Positions 38,454 through 50,000 of a DNA stretch of 64,000 nt are shown here, piece after piece. The stretch is from an uncultured Candidatus Saccharibacteria bacterium (lineage in GTDB: Bacteria > Patescibacteriota > Minisyncoccia > Phycocordibacterales > UBA1006): the NCBI GenBank assembly GCA_964601935.1, contig CAZROP010000001.1, positions 275,661-339,660 of the forward strand. The letters are read 5' to 3'. Position numbers and translations under genes: made by a program. A model generated the notes under the pieces. It worked only from the letters and a program-made list of their open reading frames with translations, ran no database searches and was not told where the DNA came from. Position 1 is the first letter of the stretch; each line of letters opens with the position of its first letter.

Positions 38454-41400
38454 ATGAAAAAACTTCTTACAATCATTTTAATTACAGTTCTGGGCGCAGG
38501 GAATGTATCGCTCGTTTATGCACAGCCACCTGGATTGCCTACAATCGATATCCCGAACCTTATACAGAATGCATTTAGTGCTACTCAGGATGCCAAAGGG
38601 GTCCTCAAGGAGTTCAAGTTGGATAAAATACCACTTAAAATTGCAAAAAAGCTCTTAGATAAAATGACAGACTCAGTGGTTGTATGGGCTGCAGGCGGAT
38701 TCAAGAAAGAAGGACCAGCATTTATTAGTAATTTTGATGAATATGCAGAAGGGCTCGCAATACAAACAGGGACACTGCTCATAGATGAAATTGTAAAGGA
38801 GGGAGAAGAGTACGCTAGCAAGTCTTTGACTACGGCAGAGCAGCAGGAGCTCAAAAAGTGTAATGATGTCAAAAAAGAATATGATCAGTATTATAGTCTG
38901 CTCGAAATAGCGCTCTTTGACGAAGGTATTGCTGTGGGTGGTGGAAGATTTCTGAGTCTGAAAAGTGAAGGGGGTGTAGCAGAATTTAATACATTCTTGA
39001 ATAGTTTGGGGTATCCATCCTACGTATTAGGAAATGGTCAGTACAACAAAAAGGCATTAAAAACATTTTTAGAAGAATACATAATGTCTGATCCTGTTCG
39101 TTTGCGCGCAACAGGGCTGACTGTAGGATTCGAGCGCATGCAGGAACTAATACGAAAACTTGATGTGTGTCAAAAGACATTGTTTATAAAGGTCACAGGC
39201 TTAACCTATACCAATGATTTGGTAAAATTTATTGGTGAGACATATCGGAATGGTAGAAGAGGCTCTGCTAGTCGTATAGGTTTGCCTAATTTCGAAAATT
39301 TTGGTTCCGAATACATCAAGGCGTTATCAAGTAATTGGAAGTCATTCAAGACTGACGCATCGGCAGGGGGTTGGGCTGCTTGGGGAGAATCAGCAAAGTT
39401 GGAAAATACTCCGTGGGGTGCAAAATATTTAGCTCAAGCAGAGTTATCAAATACACTGGCACAGGAGTTGGGGCAGAAGTCAGCACAGCTCCAGCGGAGC
39501 GGTGGTTTCTTGGATAAGGGAGAGTGTGCAGAATATCGTGAAGTGGAATCATCAGCAGGAAATGAACGTATATGTGTAGATTATCAGGCAAATACTCCTG
39601 GTACCGTGATACGTGAAGCTGTTAATAAGCGTATCTTGCAACAATATGACCAATTGAATAATGCTGATGACTGGACTGATCTGCTCCTTACTACGAGCGT
39701 AAAACTGGTCGATGGAATTTTGCGAGAAGGAGTACTGCCTCTGGCTAATAACGCTATCGACAAGGGTTTGGCATGTCTCGCAGGATCCTGTGATGAAGAT
39801 ATTTATGGAAAGACTAATGTTGCCAGTAGTCAGACTATAACCAATAGCGGAGGGGCTACTATAGCAGCTGACGATGTAGTCGATATAAAAAATGTGTTAT
39901 ATGGACCGTTGGTTTTGGAAAAAGATGCAAATGATAATATTATTTATGAACGCCGTGATCCGAATGGGTATCGCGTCAGGGAAAAACGTAATGCAGATCG
40001 TCAATTGGTAGAATATGTTGCCTATAATGAACAAGCGGTACCTCAGTACCGTATCCGAGAACAGACACGTCGCGTGAATGGTGTCGATACTCTGTATTAC
40101 ACAGCAATACCATTTTCTGGTAGACCGCAGCCTTTTGGTGAGCTGGCATCATTAGAGCCTACTATTACTATTGATTATTCACGACCACAGTATGCGTTTC
40201 AACATGAATTAGATGCAAGTGGTAGTCCACGATATACAGTACTGTACGAAACACATCCGTTGACTGGAGCGCTCGTTCAGGATTATAAATATAAAAAGAA
40301 ATTAGATGCGAGCGGTAACGAAACTGATCTGTACGAATACGACTCATCAGGCAATCGCATTATATTGCGTGATGCAAATGGGAATGCGGTGCTGGATCCA
40401 AATAGTAAGATACCAAAGTATAAACGAGAAAATGGCTCTATTGAATTAGCAGCAACTCTACAGCAGACAATTAGTGCTCAGCACAAGTTTGTAGGAACGT
40501 TGGGTGTTCGTCGTTTGATGGCTCTGGACCAGGGATTACCAGGACCTGATCTGGGATGGGATGGTCGTTTGGATGACAAGGTTAACTCAGCAATCGATGC
40601 GGAAACCAATCCGCGCAAGAAGAGTGCTCTTCGGGAAATATATGATACGGTTAAGCGCACGTTCGAAGCGGGTATTACCGGTAGTACAGTAGATGATACC
40701 GCGTCGGACGTTGTATTAGTGCGTGGCGGAGCTGTGTATACTAATCCACAGTACACATTTTTGGATTTCAAATATCCTGTGACAGGTCCAGGAACAATTC
40801 CAATTGGCCCAACCGGCGCACCTTTGCCACAGACAGGTGTTACTGCGCAGAATTATCAAGCATTACTTAATAAAACATTTCCTAAAAAAATGATTTTGAC
40901 ACGCGCAGATGATAGATCTGTCGCAGAGTACGACGTCGTATCTATGAATACCTATGCGGGTCTATGGTTTAATCCAACTACAAAACAGGTCGAAGCAGTA
41001 GGTAATATTCCAGAAGCACAGAGTATTCGTGAACTTACATTGGCGGTAGAGAGCCAATTCACCGATGTTATTGATACGTATCGTCGTCGTGGAACGACAT
41101 TGCGTACTGTACAGTCAAAACTGAAACAGTTGCAGGTACAGTACGAGTCGCTGCCGTACATTAGCCCTGCTTCAACATTGGAACAACGTGCAGAACGTAC
41201 GAAAAAAGAAAATCAGATAGCATATGAAATTAGCCTAATTCGCGGTGAATTGCCTATTTATGACGATGTGGTAGAGGAGAAAAGCAAGCTCAAGAGTCTT
41301 CTCGTTAATTATGATTTGATGGGGGAGATGCTGATGGGTACTACAGAATATCGTAGTCAGGATGGGTATGCAGTACGGTTCGGGGACTTGCAGCAGTACC

Positions 41401-41981
41401 GAGGCACTGATGTTGCATCCAATGATGTACACAGAGGGTTGTCGAGATATCATGAAGATGCAGCACTCGCAAAACGTTACGAACAACTCTACCTAAAGGA
41501 TAAAATGGGTCTTCTGTACTGTGGTTTCCAAGATCATAGCAAAATTAATACGCTATCCAGTGATATTCGCCAGTCAATTATAAGTGAAATTGTTCAGCAA
41601 GAACGACAATCTGGTCTACGCTCGCTACTATTGCTGAGTCCACTCGCTCTGGGTGTTAATGCAATATTCGGCAATAATCAGACGACTTATGATGTGTTCG
41701 GAGGGTTTGCATCTGTAGGAATAGGTAATGAGGAATATCGAAGTTCTTCTATGCGTCGCGAAACCTATGAGTATACTGTTCCGTATCGCTGCTATGAAAC
41801 AAGCGTAATATGTAACAATGGTGATGATGAGGCGCCTTGCGGTTCGTATCAATGCCCTATTATTGGTCATAACACGCCAGGAGAATCATTCTTAATGGCA
41901 TCTATCAAGGCGTCCTGCGCAGGTATCTATAGGTCGTCTATTGGAGATTATCTAGATCTGATAGACCCAGATTCACGATAA
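38454..41981 (+). CDS. large secreted protein with YD-like repeats (1176 aa)
   Basis: Signal peptide MKKLLTIILITVLGAGNVSLVYAQ. YD-type repeats (DLYEYDSSGNRIILRDANGN). A Cys-rich C-terminus. Confidence 0.55.
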   Translation: MKKLLTIILITVLGAGNVSLVYAQPPGLPTIDIPNLIQNAFSATQDAKGVLKEFKLDKIPLKIAKKLLDKMTDSVVVWAAGGFKKEGPAFISNFDEYAEGLAIQTGTLLIDEIVKEGEEYASKSLTTAEQQELKKCNDVKKEYDQYYSLLEIALFDEGIAVGGGRFLSLKSEGGVAEFNTFLNSLGYPSYVLGNGQYNKKALKTFLEEYIMSDPVRLRATGLTVGFERMQELIRKLDVCQKTLFIKVTGLTYTNDLVKFIGETYRNGRRGSASRIGLPNFENFGSEYIKALSSNWKSFKTDASAGGWAAWGESAKLENTPWGAKYLAQAELSNTLAQELGQKSAQLQRSGGFLDKGECAEYREVESSAGNERICVDYQANTPGTVIREAVNKRILQQYDQLNNADDWTDLLLTTSVKLVDGILREGVLPLANNAIDKGLACLAGSCDEDIYGKTNVASSQTITNSGGATIAADDVVDIKNVLYGPLVLEKDANDNIIYERRDPNGYRVREKRNADRQLVEYVAYNEQAVPQYRIREQTRRVNGVDTLYYTAIPFSGRPQPFGELASLEPTITIDYSRPQYAFQHELDASGSPRYTVLYETHPLTGALVQDYKYKKKLDASGNETDLYEYDSSGNRIILRDANGNAVLDPNSKIPKYKRENGSIELAATLQQTISAQHKFVGTLGVRRLMALDQGLPGPDLGWDGRLDDKVNSAIDAETNPRKKSALREIYDTVKRTFEAGITGSTVDDTASDVVLVRGGAVYTNPQYTFLDFKYPVTGPGTIPIGPTGAPLPQTGVTAQNYQALLNKTFPKKMILTRADDRSVAEYDVVSMNTYAGLWFNPTTKQVEAVGNIPEAQSIRELTLAVESQFTDVIDTYRRRGTTLRTVQSKLKQLQVQYESLPYISPASTLEQRAERTKKENQIAYEISLIRGELPIYDDVVEEKSKLKSLLVNYDLMGEMLMGTTEYRSQDGYAVRFGDLQQYRGTDVASNDVHRGLSRYHEDAALAKRYEQLYLKDKMGLLYCGFQDHSKINTLSSDIRQSIISEIVQQERQSGLRSLLLLSPLALGVNAIFGNNQTTYDVFGGFASVGIGNEEYRSSSMRRETYEYTVPYRCYETSVICNNGDDEAPCGSYQCPIIGHNTPGESFLMASIKASCAGIYRSSIGDYLDLIDPDSR

Positions 41982-42071
41982 TAGATAGTATCTCGGAGGA
42001 TGTTAGTACTCAGTTTCTACTGTGCATTACGTGCAGAATTCTAGATGCTCTCCATGATACACTGATAGAGC

Positions 42072-45000
42072 ATGAAGCGCTTGTTAGTTAGTATTGCATT
42101 GGTATGTGCTCTAGTCGTAGGCGGAGTTGTTTTGGATATACCTAATATTGCTGATACTCCTAATGTATATGCACAGGGCATAGCCGAAGGGGCGAGTTTG
42201 CAGGTGGGCACTCAGAGTTTGACTCCTTATGGAGCGTGTAGTACAGGCCTGACAGGTTTGGGGGATTTGGGTTGTCAGATAGGTATATTCTTTGTATATG
42301 GTGTATGGTTTCGTTTGACCAACGCTTTGGCTACGCTGGCTGCATATCTAGCAGATTATGCTTTGTGGCTATCGGTACAGAGTAATTTCTACCGTTTCGG
42401 AGATCTTATGATACGTGGGTGGGAAATTGTTCGAAACTTTGTAAATATTGGATTTATCGTCGCATTATTGTATGCAGGTGTTCAATTAATTTTAGGAAAG
42501 AGTAATGGATCTCGTATTCTTGTTCGTATTATTCTCTGCGCTCTGTTGGTGAATTTTAGTTTATTCGGAGCACGTCTGATAATTGACTTTGGGAATATTA
42601 CAGCCCGAGCTATCTATACTCAGATTAAATACAGTAGTACACCGGGTACGGAAGGCATATCCACGTTACCAGGTCAGGTACGCATATCCGAGGCCATACT
42701 CAGTACCTCTAATCCGCAGGCGGTATTGTTTAGTGATATTGGTGATCAAGCAGATTCTGACTTTATTTGGAAAATGTTCACCATGTTTTTCCTGATGGGA
42801 ATTGTAAATATCATGTTGATATTTGTATTTTTATCAATGGCTATATTATTCCTAACCAGAACAATATCCTTGGTGGTACTGGCTATATTGGTACCTATAC
42901 CTATTGTGGTTGATCTAATACCTGTTGCAAAATCCGCTGTGCAGAAAATGAAAGGTGCAGGGTCAGTATTTTCGCTAGAAAACTGGTTCACAGAATACTG
43001 GAAATTGTCTGCGATGGCGCCTGTTTATGTATTTTTTCTCTACCTGATTGTTATAGTGCAGTCAGGATATTCCAAAATCCAATCGCTGCAGCCGACAGGT
43101 ATAGGGTTCATAGGTTCTGTATTTACTGCAATGCTACCTATTATCATTACATTCTTTCTCATAAAGTTTGCATCAAAAATAACAAAGGACTTTTCAGGAA
43201 CATTTGGTGCATTGGTGACCAGTGGACTCAACACTGTTATAGGAATGGTGGGCGGCGGAGCGCTAGGTCTAGCAGCACGAGGTACTCGTATTGCGGGAGG
43301 ACGGCTGGGTCGTGGATTACAGCGTGCTGGTGCACTGACAACAGAAGAGCGTGAATCACGTATCGCAGCAGCAGAAGCAAAGAGCGGCAAAAACAGCCTG
43401 CGTGCACGCCTGGCGCGTAACAGATATAGTGACAAAAATTCTGCGCGCTTGTCGAATGTTGGTAGTTATATGGCTAACACAGCAACCTATGATCCTCGAC
43501 AGATCAAAAATACTGGAACATTTAAAAAGTTTGCAGGTACAAGTGTGGGCAAGAAATTTCTTAACGAAACAGGCCAGCAAGTGGTGTCAGATATAAAATG
43601 GGGTAAGCCCATAGAAAAGTCTTATAATGTAAAGGATAAAGAGCGTAGCCATAAAGAAGAACAGCGTGCTGCACAGTATACAAAAGATATTCAAAAATCG
43701 ATGGATGATGTTACAGGATATCGTAATGCACAGATTGCCCGAACAGCCGCTGACTCTGCTGTAGGGCAGCAACGAGCAGCAGAGGTACGTGTAGATGCTG
43801 CGCTTATGGACGATCCAGCAGCATTGGTACATCAAGCACAAAAAGTAGTAAATAGCCTGCCGCCGAATGCAACACCAGAACAGCGACAGGCTGCAGAGCG
43901 TGATTTGCGCATTGCTCAGATTGAATATAGAACGAATGCACGACAGTATAGTCAAGCTGATATTGCCCAGGCGGAAGGTGAGGCAAAACGTATCAAGGAT
44001 GAGCTCAAAAGTGCAACTGCAGATTACGATACTGCAAAGGCATCGGGTGATAAGGAATTGATGCGCACCCGTTACCAGGCTATGGAGGCTGTAAAGCAGC
44101 GTTTGGCTGCAGCAGAGCGCACAGTTGAAGAGACAAAGTTTAATAAAGAAAACTATTCTCACCTCAGCATTACCGATATGGAAGGTAGTGTTGCTATGCT
44201 GGAGGCAAATATTCGAAATGGTAAAGAGGCATTGAGAGTAGAAAAAGAAGCGCTAGAGAGAGAGGAAAAGAAACAAAAGGAAACACAAGGCGTATTGTCA
44301 AAAGAGCGAGCCGCACTCGAAAAAAGAAAGACTGACCTAGAGAAATTACGAGCTGCTCAGGTGAAGTTTATGGAGGATAAGCGTGCAGCAGGTACGGTTA
44401 CCCAAGAACAGGAGGATTTACATACTAGAAGGATGGATGCATTTGCCTTGACTGAAGATGGTATCAATAGAGATGATACTAACCTAAAGACTCAAGAACA
44501 GAAACTCACTCTGGATGCTGCCAACACCAAGAGCAAGCAAGATGCCGCGAAAGCAAGGGAAAAACAATTTGAAGATGACAAAAAGAAAGCAGACGCTCTC
44601 AAGAAGTCTGTTGAGGCACGCCAAAAGAAAAAAGCCGAACTAGAAAAATCAGTTGAAGAAAAAACATACTTATATGATGATAGTGAGGCTCTGCAGCATG
44701 CAAAGGCTTTGGAAGAGTTAAAGCAAAAGTATAAAAAAGCATCTCCGGAAGGTAAGCAGCAGCTCTTACAAGAGTTAGGGTTCCATGCTGATTTAATTAC
44801 AAAGTTCAAAGAAGAAAACAAAGATAATCAGGTGGCACTGTTGTCGTTGGAAAAGGCATTAATTGGACAAGCATCACTGGACAAGGAAGTGATGCAACAG
44901 TACATAGCAGAGCAGTCTATTGAAAGAATGAAAAATGGCTATAGAAATATTGGGAAGAAAGTAGGCGCTGCGCTGGTCACGACGGGTGCGGTTGTCGCGG

Positions 45001-45227
45001 GGGCAGGAGTTGTGGCGACTGCCGGTGCTCCGTTGTTGGCCGTAGTCGCTGCGGGTGCAATTACTGGTGCTGCAGTGAATGCAGGTCGTACTAGTATCGC
45101 GGACAAAGCTGGTGAGGTGACTGGTAAGGCTGGGGCCGGCTTACAAAATGTTGTCGAAAAACTAGAGCGTGTTGCGTATGATGATTCATTGACCGAACGT
45201 TCAACAGAAAGAATGCGTAAAAAATAG
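42072..45227 (+). CDS. polytopic membrane protein with long C-terminal coiled-coil tail; VirB6/TrbL-like by architecture
   Basis: About 7 TM helices in the first ~400 aa, then ~600 aa of K/E/A/Q-rich helix. The architecture matches VirB6/TrbL/TcpH-like T4SS channel components. The assignment is inferred, not motif-based. Confidence 0.45.
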   Translation: MKRLLVSIALVCALVVGGVVLDIPNIADTPNVYAQGIAEGASLQVGTQSLTPYGACSTGLTGLGDLGCQIGIFFVYGVWFRLTNALATLAAYLADYALWLSVQSNFYRFGDLMIRGWEIVRNFVNIGFIVALLYAGVQLILGKSNGSRILVRIILCALLVNFSLFGARLIIDFGNITARAIYTQIKYSSTPGTEGISTLPGQVRISEAILSTSNPQAVLFSDIGDQADSDFIWKMFTMFFLMGIVNIMLIFVFLSMAILFLTRTISLVVLAILVPIPIVVDLIPVAKSAVQKMKGAGSVFSLENWFTEYWKLSAMAPVYVFFLYLIVIVQSGYSKIQSLQPTGIGFIGSVFTAMLPIIITFFLIKFASKITKDFSGTFGALVTSGLNTVIGMVGGGALGLAARGTRIAGGRLGRGLQRAGALTTEERESRIAAAEAKSGKNSLRARLARNRYSDKNSARLSNVGSYMANTATYDPRQIKNTGTFKKFAGTSVGKKFLNETGQQVVSDIKWGKPIEKSYNVKDKERSHKEEQRAAQYTKDIQKSMDDVTGYRNAQIARTAADSAVGQQRAAEVRVDAALMDDPAALVHQAQKVVNSLPPNATPEQRQAAERDLRIAQIEYRTNARQYSQADIAQAEGEAKRIKDELKSATADYDTAKASGDKELMRTRYQAMEAVKQRLAAAERTVEETKFNKENYSHLSITDMEGSVAMLEANIRNGKEALRVEKEALEREEKKQKETQGVLSKERAALEKRKTDLEKLRAAQVKFMEDKRAAGTVTQEQEDLHTRRMDAFALTEDGINRDDTNLKTQEQKLTLDAANTKSKQDAAKAREKQFEDDKKKADALKKSVEARQKKKAELEKSVEEKTYLYDDSEALQHAKALEELKQKYKKASPEGKQQLLQELGFHADLITKFKEENKDNQVALLSLEKALIGQASLDKEVMQQYIAEQSIERMKNGYRNIGKKVGAALVTTGAVVAGAGVVATAGAPLLAVVAAGAITGAAVNAGRTSIADKAGEVTGKAGAGLQNVVEKLERVAYDDSLTERSTERMRKK

Positions 45228-45245
45228 TATTTTATAAGAAATTAT

Positions 45246-45716
45246 ATGATTCCATCCAAAGTTCAAGAATTTATAAACAGTAACAAACCGACACTGCCGG
45301 AGTATATTCAAGAAACCCTTGATTCATTTGACTGGCTGTCGATTTGTTCCGAGATCGCTGCAAAATATCGTTGTACCGAACGTCAAGAGGAAGCATTCAT
45401 GATGGAGGTAGTCATGCTTGTTTACGAACTGTCAGAGGCGGAGCTGTTCAAGATCAATATTATGAATCACATAGGTGTGTCTGAGATGATCGCGCATAAC
45501 ATGATTATTGATGTTCAAACTCGTATCATTAGTAGGCTACAAACAGAACTAGAGCGTATAGTGGGTGACGCGCCCGAGGTTCTGGCGCAACAATTACGAA
45601 ATAACGGTAATGAATTACAACAAGTAGAAATTCATCCCTTCGTGAACCCATTGGAAAGTACTACTATAGTAGAAACAACTCCTAACCATGACCCGTATCA
45701 CGAACCTATTGATTAA
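45246..45716 (+). CDS. hypothetical protein
   Basis: Intact ORF. No motif. Confidence 0.45.
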   Translation: MIPSKVQEFINSNKPTLPEYIQETLDSFDWLSICSEIAAKYRCTERQEEAFMMEVVMLVYELSEAELFKINIMNHIGVSEMIAHNMIIDVQTRIISRLQTELERIVGDAPEVLAQQLRNNGNELQQVEIHPFVNPLESTTIVETTPNHDPYHEPID

Positions 45717-45874
45717 ATATCATTGATAATGCTTGATCTGAATCCGACTTGTTCTTGAAAAATCACAGGTACTTAACTGTACCAAGCCCCTCTTCTCGAA
45801 AAATATACAATTTTTGTAGTACTTGTTATTTTTCTTGCGAAAGGGTTTTTCTTTTGAACGAGCTGGGTTCAGTT

Positions 45875-48800
45875 CTAGTTTCGCCTAAACATATTTCCAA
45901 ATTTTTGAGTCAACGCACTCCAGCTATTTTCGAGTTTTTCGTATAATGGCTCGCTAATAAGTTTTCGGTAAAGTGCTACACGCATGATGGTAGGCAAGCG
46001 TTCAGGGTTTAGAGGGTCTGTCTCTACTAATTCAGTGACAGTTTTGTTGCGTAATTGTTGGGTATCGATTGTGTCGAGCAGTACTACGCGGAGGCGCTGT
46101 GTATCCGATTCTGCTGTATAGAGAGGGTTAAAATCAATCAGTATATTGTATGCCTGCTGTATCGATGTGGCTGATTGCGGCATAGCAGGCAGGGCAAAAG
46201 GTGCATCTGGCATAGGATTTAACAAAAACCGATTACCCAAATAATGGGGTGCCTGCGGTTCTCCCAGGACATCTGTAATTTGTACCACCAAATCACCATA
46301 CGTGGGTTTCTCTCTTCTGACTAGTAGTCCTGAAGCCTGGCGTGGTTCTGCTGAAGTAGGCAGCAAGAAATCCATGAACTTTTCACTCGCCGAGAGAATT
46401 TTGTCCAGAAGGGTTTGGATAGTAATGGTGCTGATTTCTTTTAAGTTAAAAACTTTGATTTTTTCGCGGAGGATCTCTATTGATGGACTGGTAGTTTGTT
46501 TGATTTCCAGTATATCGCCGAGGTTTGCCTCCAACTCGTATCCACTTACTTGTAACTCATGTACGATATCCTGCAATGTGTTGTTGCATATTTGTGCCTG
46601 ATAATAGAGAGTGGGATATGTAGTTCGGTAGAGGTTCTCTAATTTTGTAAACTTTTCTGTAATCTTTACTGATTTACTTGCGATGTGACGCTCTAGAGCT
46701 GTTTGTGTCGCTTCCACTCGTCCTAGTTCGAAGTCGGTGATTTCATTAGGATGCTTTCTAGAGTGATCTTCTCGCAAGACCATATTAATCTGTGCAAGAT
46801 CCTCGTCAGACAATCTTGACTTCATATCTGTCGGTATCCAGGGCGGTATTCGGTTGTCTCGTTCAAACACTGTAGCGAATGGTGGTTGTTTTGCGGTATC
46901 ACTGATAAATCGCACAATTGCCCTGCGTGTAATTTCGCCATAGTTAATAACTCGATCATTGCCCACAGCCACTACTACCGAGTGATCGTCTTCCGCTTTT
47001 GCATCAGGTCCTTTCTGCATGATAGAGAACTTAGTCTTGGTGGATTTATTCGCTGCGTAATACGCTTCGTTTACAATAGTTCGAAGCCTTTCTGCTTTTT
47101 CGTGATCATTCGCATGTTTTTCCTGGTAGCAGCTATTCATTGCATCATAAATCGCGCCACACTGGTCACGCAGGTTTTGTTGGTACGCTTTGTCTGCTGG
47201 GTGTGGGGTTGCAAAAATATCACAATAGTTTTCAAGGAACGTTGTTTCATACTCTGATCGCTTTTTCTCCAAGTAGGCGATAGCCAGAGTATAGAATCCT
47301 CGTAGGTCTTTGTCGCTATCCTGTTTGTTGAGAGTCAGTAAAGGGCAATCATTGGTAGTATTTTTCGGTACTGCTTTTTTGATTTCATCACTGAGTAGTT
47401 TTTTCAAGTTTGTCAGTACCGCATCTACTCCTGCAGATCCGACGTAGGTATTCAGTTCTGTTTTAGGTACCTGGCGATAATTCGGGGTTGCCAGCATAGG
47501 GTTAGTGAGCGTGTGCTGAACCCATTGTAGAGTCGATGCAATCTCTCCTAGAGGGCTAGGTGCTCCGTCGATGAGTGTAATTACTTCATCAATAGCCATC
47601 GGGTCGTTCAGTAAGGCTTTTAGTCGTTCTGTATTCAGTGTAGAGTCGAGAACTTCAGTATAAACCAGTTTTCTGTCTGATGTTATGCGTGGTTCATGAT
47701 TATTAGGTATAGGCAATAGCTTTGCGTACTTCTGCAATTCTTTGATGCGGACTTCCAGTGCAAAAACAGCTCGTTGAGCCGCTTTCCAGTTATCTGTGAT
47801 TTCAGGCAATGATCGGTTTACGGGTGTTGCTTCGATGCTGGTAAGCACTAGGCGGTATGCAGAGCTTGCCGTTAGTTCTTTTTCCTCACACTCACGCTGG
47901 AGCTCTTCAAGAAGTATATGTAGTTGTAGCGGATTGCCTTTTTTCCAGCAATCTTCAAAGTTTTTCTCCATCTCTCGTTTTGCTGCAGACTCTAGAACGG
48001 CCTTAGATTGGGTATTGCCTTCCGCATCTCTCCATGTATCTTTCACAGCTTCTCCGTTATGACTAGTTTTGAGATCGTTGGGGTTAGTATTACGTATATA
48101 GTTGCGATACTCCTCGATAATGGGGGAGTACAATGTAGATTCGTGATATATGCGCAATTGTTTCTGTAATGCCTGTATATCTACACTGGCGTCATGGTCA
48201 AAGTCATTAACGAGTACATCGTTACGCATAGTTTGTGCTAGTTCCGAGTGAAGAGTAATAAAGTGGTTCTCTGCACGACTAATATCCTCCACGTTCTCTG
48301 ACAAGAATGCAGAAAACTCTGGAGTAAAAATTAACTTCCTAGTATTAAATCCTTTTTCAAACTTGTCACGGGCTGATTTCTGTTTTTTCTTAACCGCGTC
48401 AGCATTCAGCCCCTTGAGATTGGGTACTGAGCTTGGATCTGTAAAGTATTCATATTGACTCTTCTCGGTCAATAATTCTTGCACTCGATCTATAGGTTCG
48501 TCTATACGCATTTTATCTTCGAATACCTCCACCTTTTTTCTCAGAATCTCTAGTCGTTTTTGTTTTATATACTCCGAAATTCGGGCTTCTCTCAGTTTTT
48601 CTAATTCTGACACTATGTCTTCGTTTGGATCAATGCTCTCCAGGAGGATAGCAATCTCTATTTCCAAGGCGTCACGCTCCTCGTCGGTGAGCGTACAATG
48701 TTCGTCGTAGGTACTGTGAAAGCGCACTATTCCATCATTTCTAGTAAATACAGTGGTGTAGGGAGGTTGGTTACTTTTCTGGTTTTCAGTTCTTGCGAGC

Positions 48801-49945
48801 GAATCCTTGTGTCCCTGTGTCAGTTCAGCAGATTCTGTAATTTGTTGCTTTACTTTATCGATGCGATCTAGTAGTAGTTCATAGTATTCATTATTATCTA
48901 TAGTACGTTGTGCCTCAGTCAGTGCATGTTCGACATCCCACAACGGATCACTCCATTGCTGTTGAAAGGTTTCGTTGAGCTGATCCATGAAGTCATCTAC
49001 AGAAATTTCCTCCGCAGCGTTTTCTAACGATACATTCAGTGCGCCTATCTGTATAATGGGAGGTGTGTCATTGGGTCGATAATGGGCTGATACCAGATCG
49101 CCAATCTCTTTTCGTATTCTCCTTGTATCAGGCGCCAGGTTGATTTTATAAGCAACAATAGTATCCTCAACTACTTTTGTTCTCGATGTGCGAATGAGAT
49201 TATTTAGTTGAGCTTCGTAGAGCTCCCTTGAGGCTTTATTCAAAGCTTGGATATTGTCAGGATGTGGTTGTTCTAGTAGCCATGTCTGAACAGCATGTTC
49301 GAGTCCAGTAATATGTATAGGGTCTATTACTTTTTCTTCGGGTATCTCCTGATAGGTGTGTCTGAATATGTTTAGTGCTTCTCCAGGGTTTTTTGCTGCA
49401 GCAGTATTCTGCGAAAACTCCTGACCCCATAGAGCCTCTCTCTTTTGATGTGATGTGCTGAGACTCTCTAGAATGGGCACTTTCCAATTTCGAATATAGT
49501 CTACGAGGTATTTATATTCAGTGGTGATTAGATAGTGCTCCTTCTCGAGAGGTTCTTTAAAATTTTGTTCTCCTTTTGGGTTTTGAGCAAGCGGACGCTG
49601 ATAGTTTTCATATTTTTTTATTAGTTCCAGTACGCGTGTTGTAACCTCCTGAATCCTATTGGTAATAATATTAAAATCGAATTTTTCTATACATTTCTGT
49701 ATGATGGCTTCCGCGTTTCTCTGTCCCCGTTTCTGGAGGGCTTCTAATTGCGACTGAATATATTTATATTCTAAAATAGAAGGTGGATTTTCTTCAATGC
49801 CTGCTACTGTCTCGGTATTAGTGTCGTTCTGGTCATGGTATGCTGGCTCTACGAAAGAACCTCCATAAGGTATGGGTAGTAAGCTGCCACTTCCTTGTAC
49901 ATCAAAAGTTTCAGACATAGATGGTTCCTGTATAGTAAACCACAT
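45875..49945 (-). CDS. giant hypothetical cytoplasmic protein (1356 aa)
   Basis: One uninterrupted ORF. Helical and E/K/L-rich. No signal peptide, no TM and no P-loop. It is embedded antisense within the T4SS-like cluster. Confidence 0.55.
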   Translation of the reverse strand: MWFTIQEPSMSETFDVQGSGSLLPIPYGGSFVEPAYHDQNDTNTETVAGIEENPPSILEYKYIQSQLEALQKRGQRNAEAIIQKCIEKFDFNIITNRIQEVTTRVLELIKKYENYQRPLAQNPKGEQNFKEPLEKEHYLITTEYKYLVDYIRNWKVPILESLSTSHQKREALWGQEFSQNTAAAKNPGEALNIFRHTYQEIPEEKVIDPIHITGLEHAVQTWLLEQPHPDNIQALNKASRELYEAQLNNLIRTSRTKVVEDTIVAYKINLAPDTRRIRKEIGDLVSAHYRPNDTPPIIQIGALNVSLENAAEEISVDDFMDQLNETFQQQWSDPLWDVEHALTEAQRTIDNNEYYELLLDRIDKVKQQITESAELTQGHKDSLARTENQKSNQPPYTTVFTRNDGIVRFHSTYDEHCTLTDEERDALEIEIAILLESIDPNEDIVSELEKLREARISEYIKQKRLEILRKKVEVFEDKMRIDEPIDRVQELLTEKSQYEYFTDPSSVPNLKGLNADAVKKKQKSARDKFEKGFNTRKLIFTPEFSAFLSENVEDISRAENHFITLHSELAQTMRNDVLVNDFDHDASVDIQALQKQLRIYHESTLYSPIIEEYRNYIRNTNPNDLKTSHNGEAVKDTWRDAEGNTQSKAVLESAAKREMEKNFEDCWKKGNPLQLHILLEELQRECEEKELTASSAYRLVLTSIEATPVNRSLPEITDNWKAAQRAVFALEVRIKELQKYAKLLPIPNNHEPRITSDRKLVYTEVLDSTLNTERLKALLNDPMAIDEVITLIDGAPSPLGEIASTLQWVQHTLTNPMLATPNYRQVPKTELNTYVGSAGVDAVLTNLKKLLSDEIKKAVPKNTTNDCPLLTLNKQDSDKDLRGFYTLAIAYLEKKRSEYETTFLENYCDIFATPHPADKAYQQNLRDQCGAIYDAMNSCYQEKHANDHEKAERLRTIVNEAYYAANKSTKTKFSIMQKGPDAKAEDDHSVVVAVGNDRVINYGEITRRAIVRFISDTAKQPPFATVFERDNRIPPWIPTDMKSRLSDEDLAQINMVLREDHSRKHPNEITDFELGRVEATQTALERHIASKSVKITEKFTKLENLYRTTYPTLYYQAQICNNTLQDIVHELQVSGYELEANLGDILEIKQTTSPSIEILREKIKVFNLKEISTITIQTLLDKILSASEKFMDFLLPTSAEPRQASGLLVRREKPTYGDLVVQITDVLGEPQAPHYLGNRFLLNPMPDAPFALPAMPQSATSIQQAYNILIDFNPLYTAESDTQRLRVVLLDTIDTQQLRNKTVTELVETDPLNPERLPTIMRVALYRKLISEPLYEKLENSWSALTQKFGNMFRRN

Positions 49946-50000
49946 TACTGGTTGACATTCATCATGGCGGCATTTGTTTCTGTGGTATACTATTACCTAC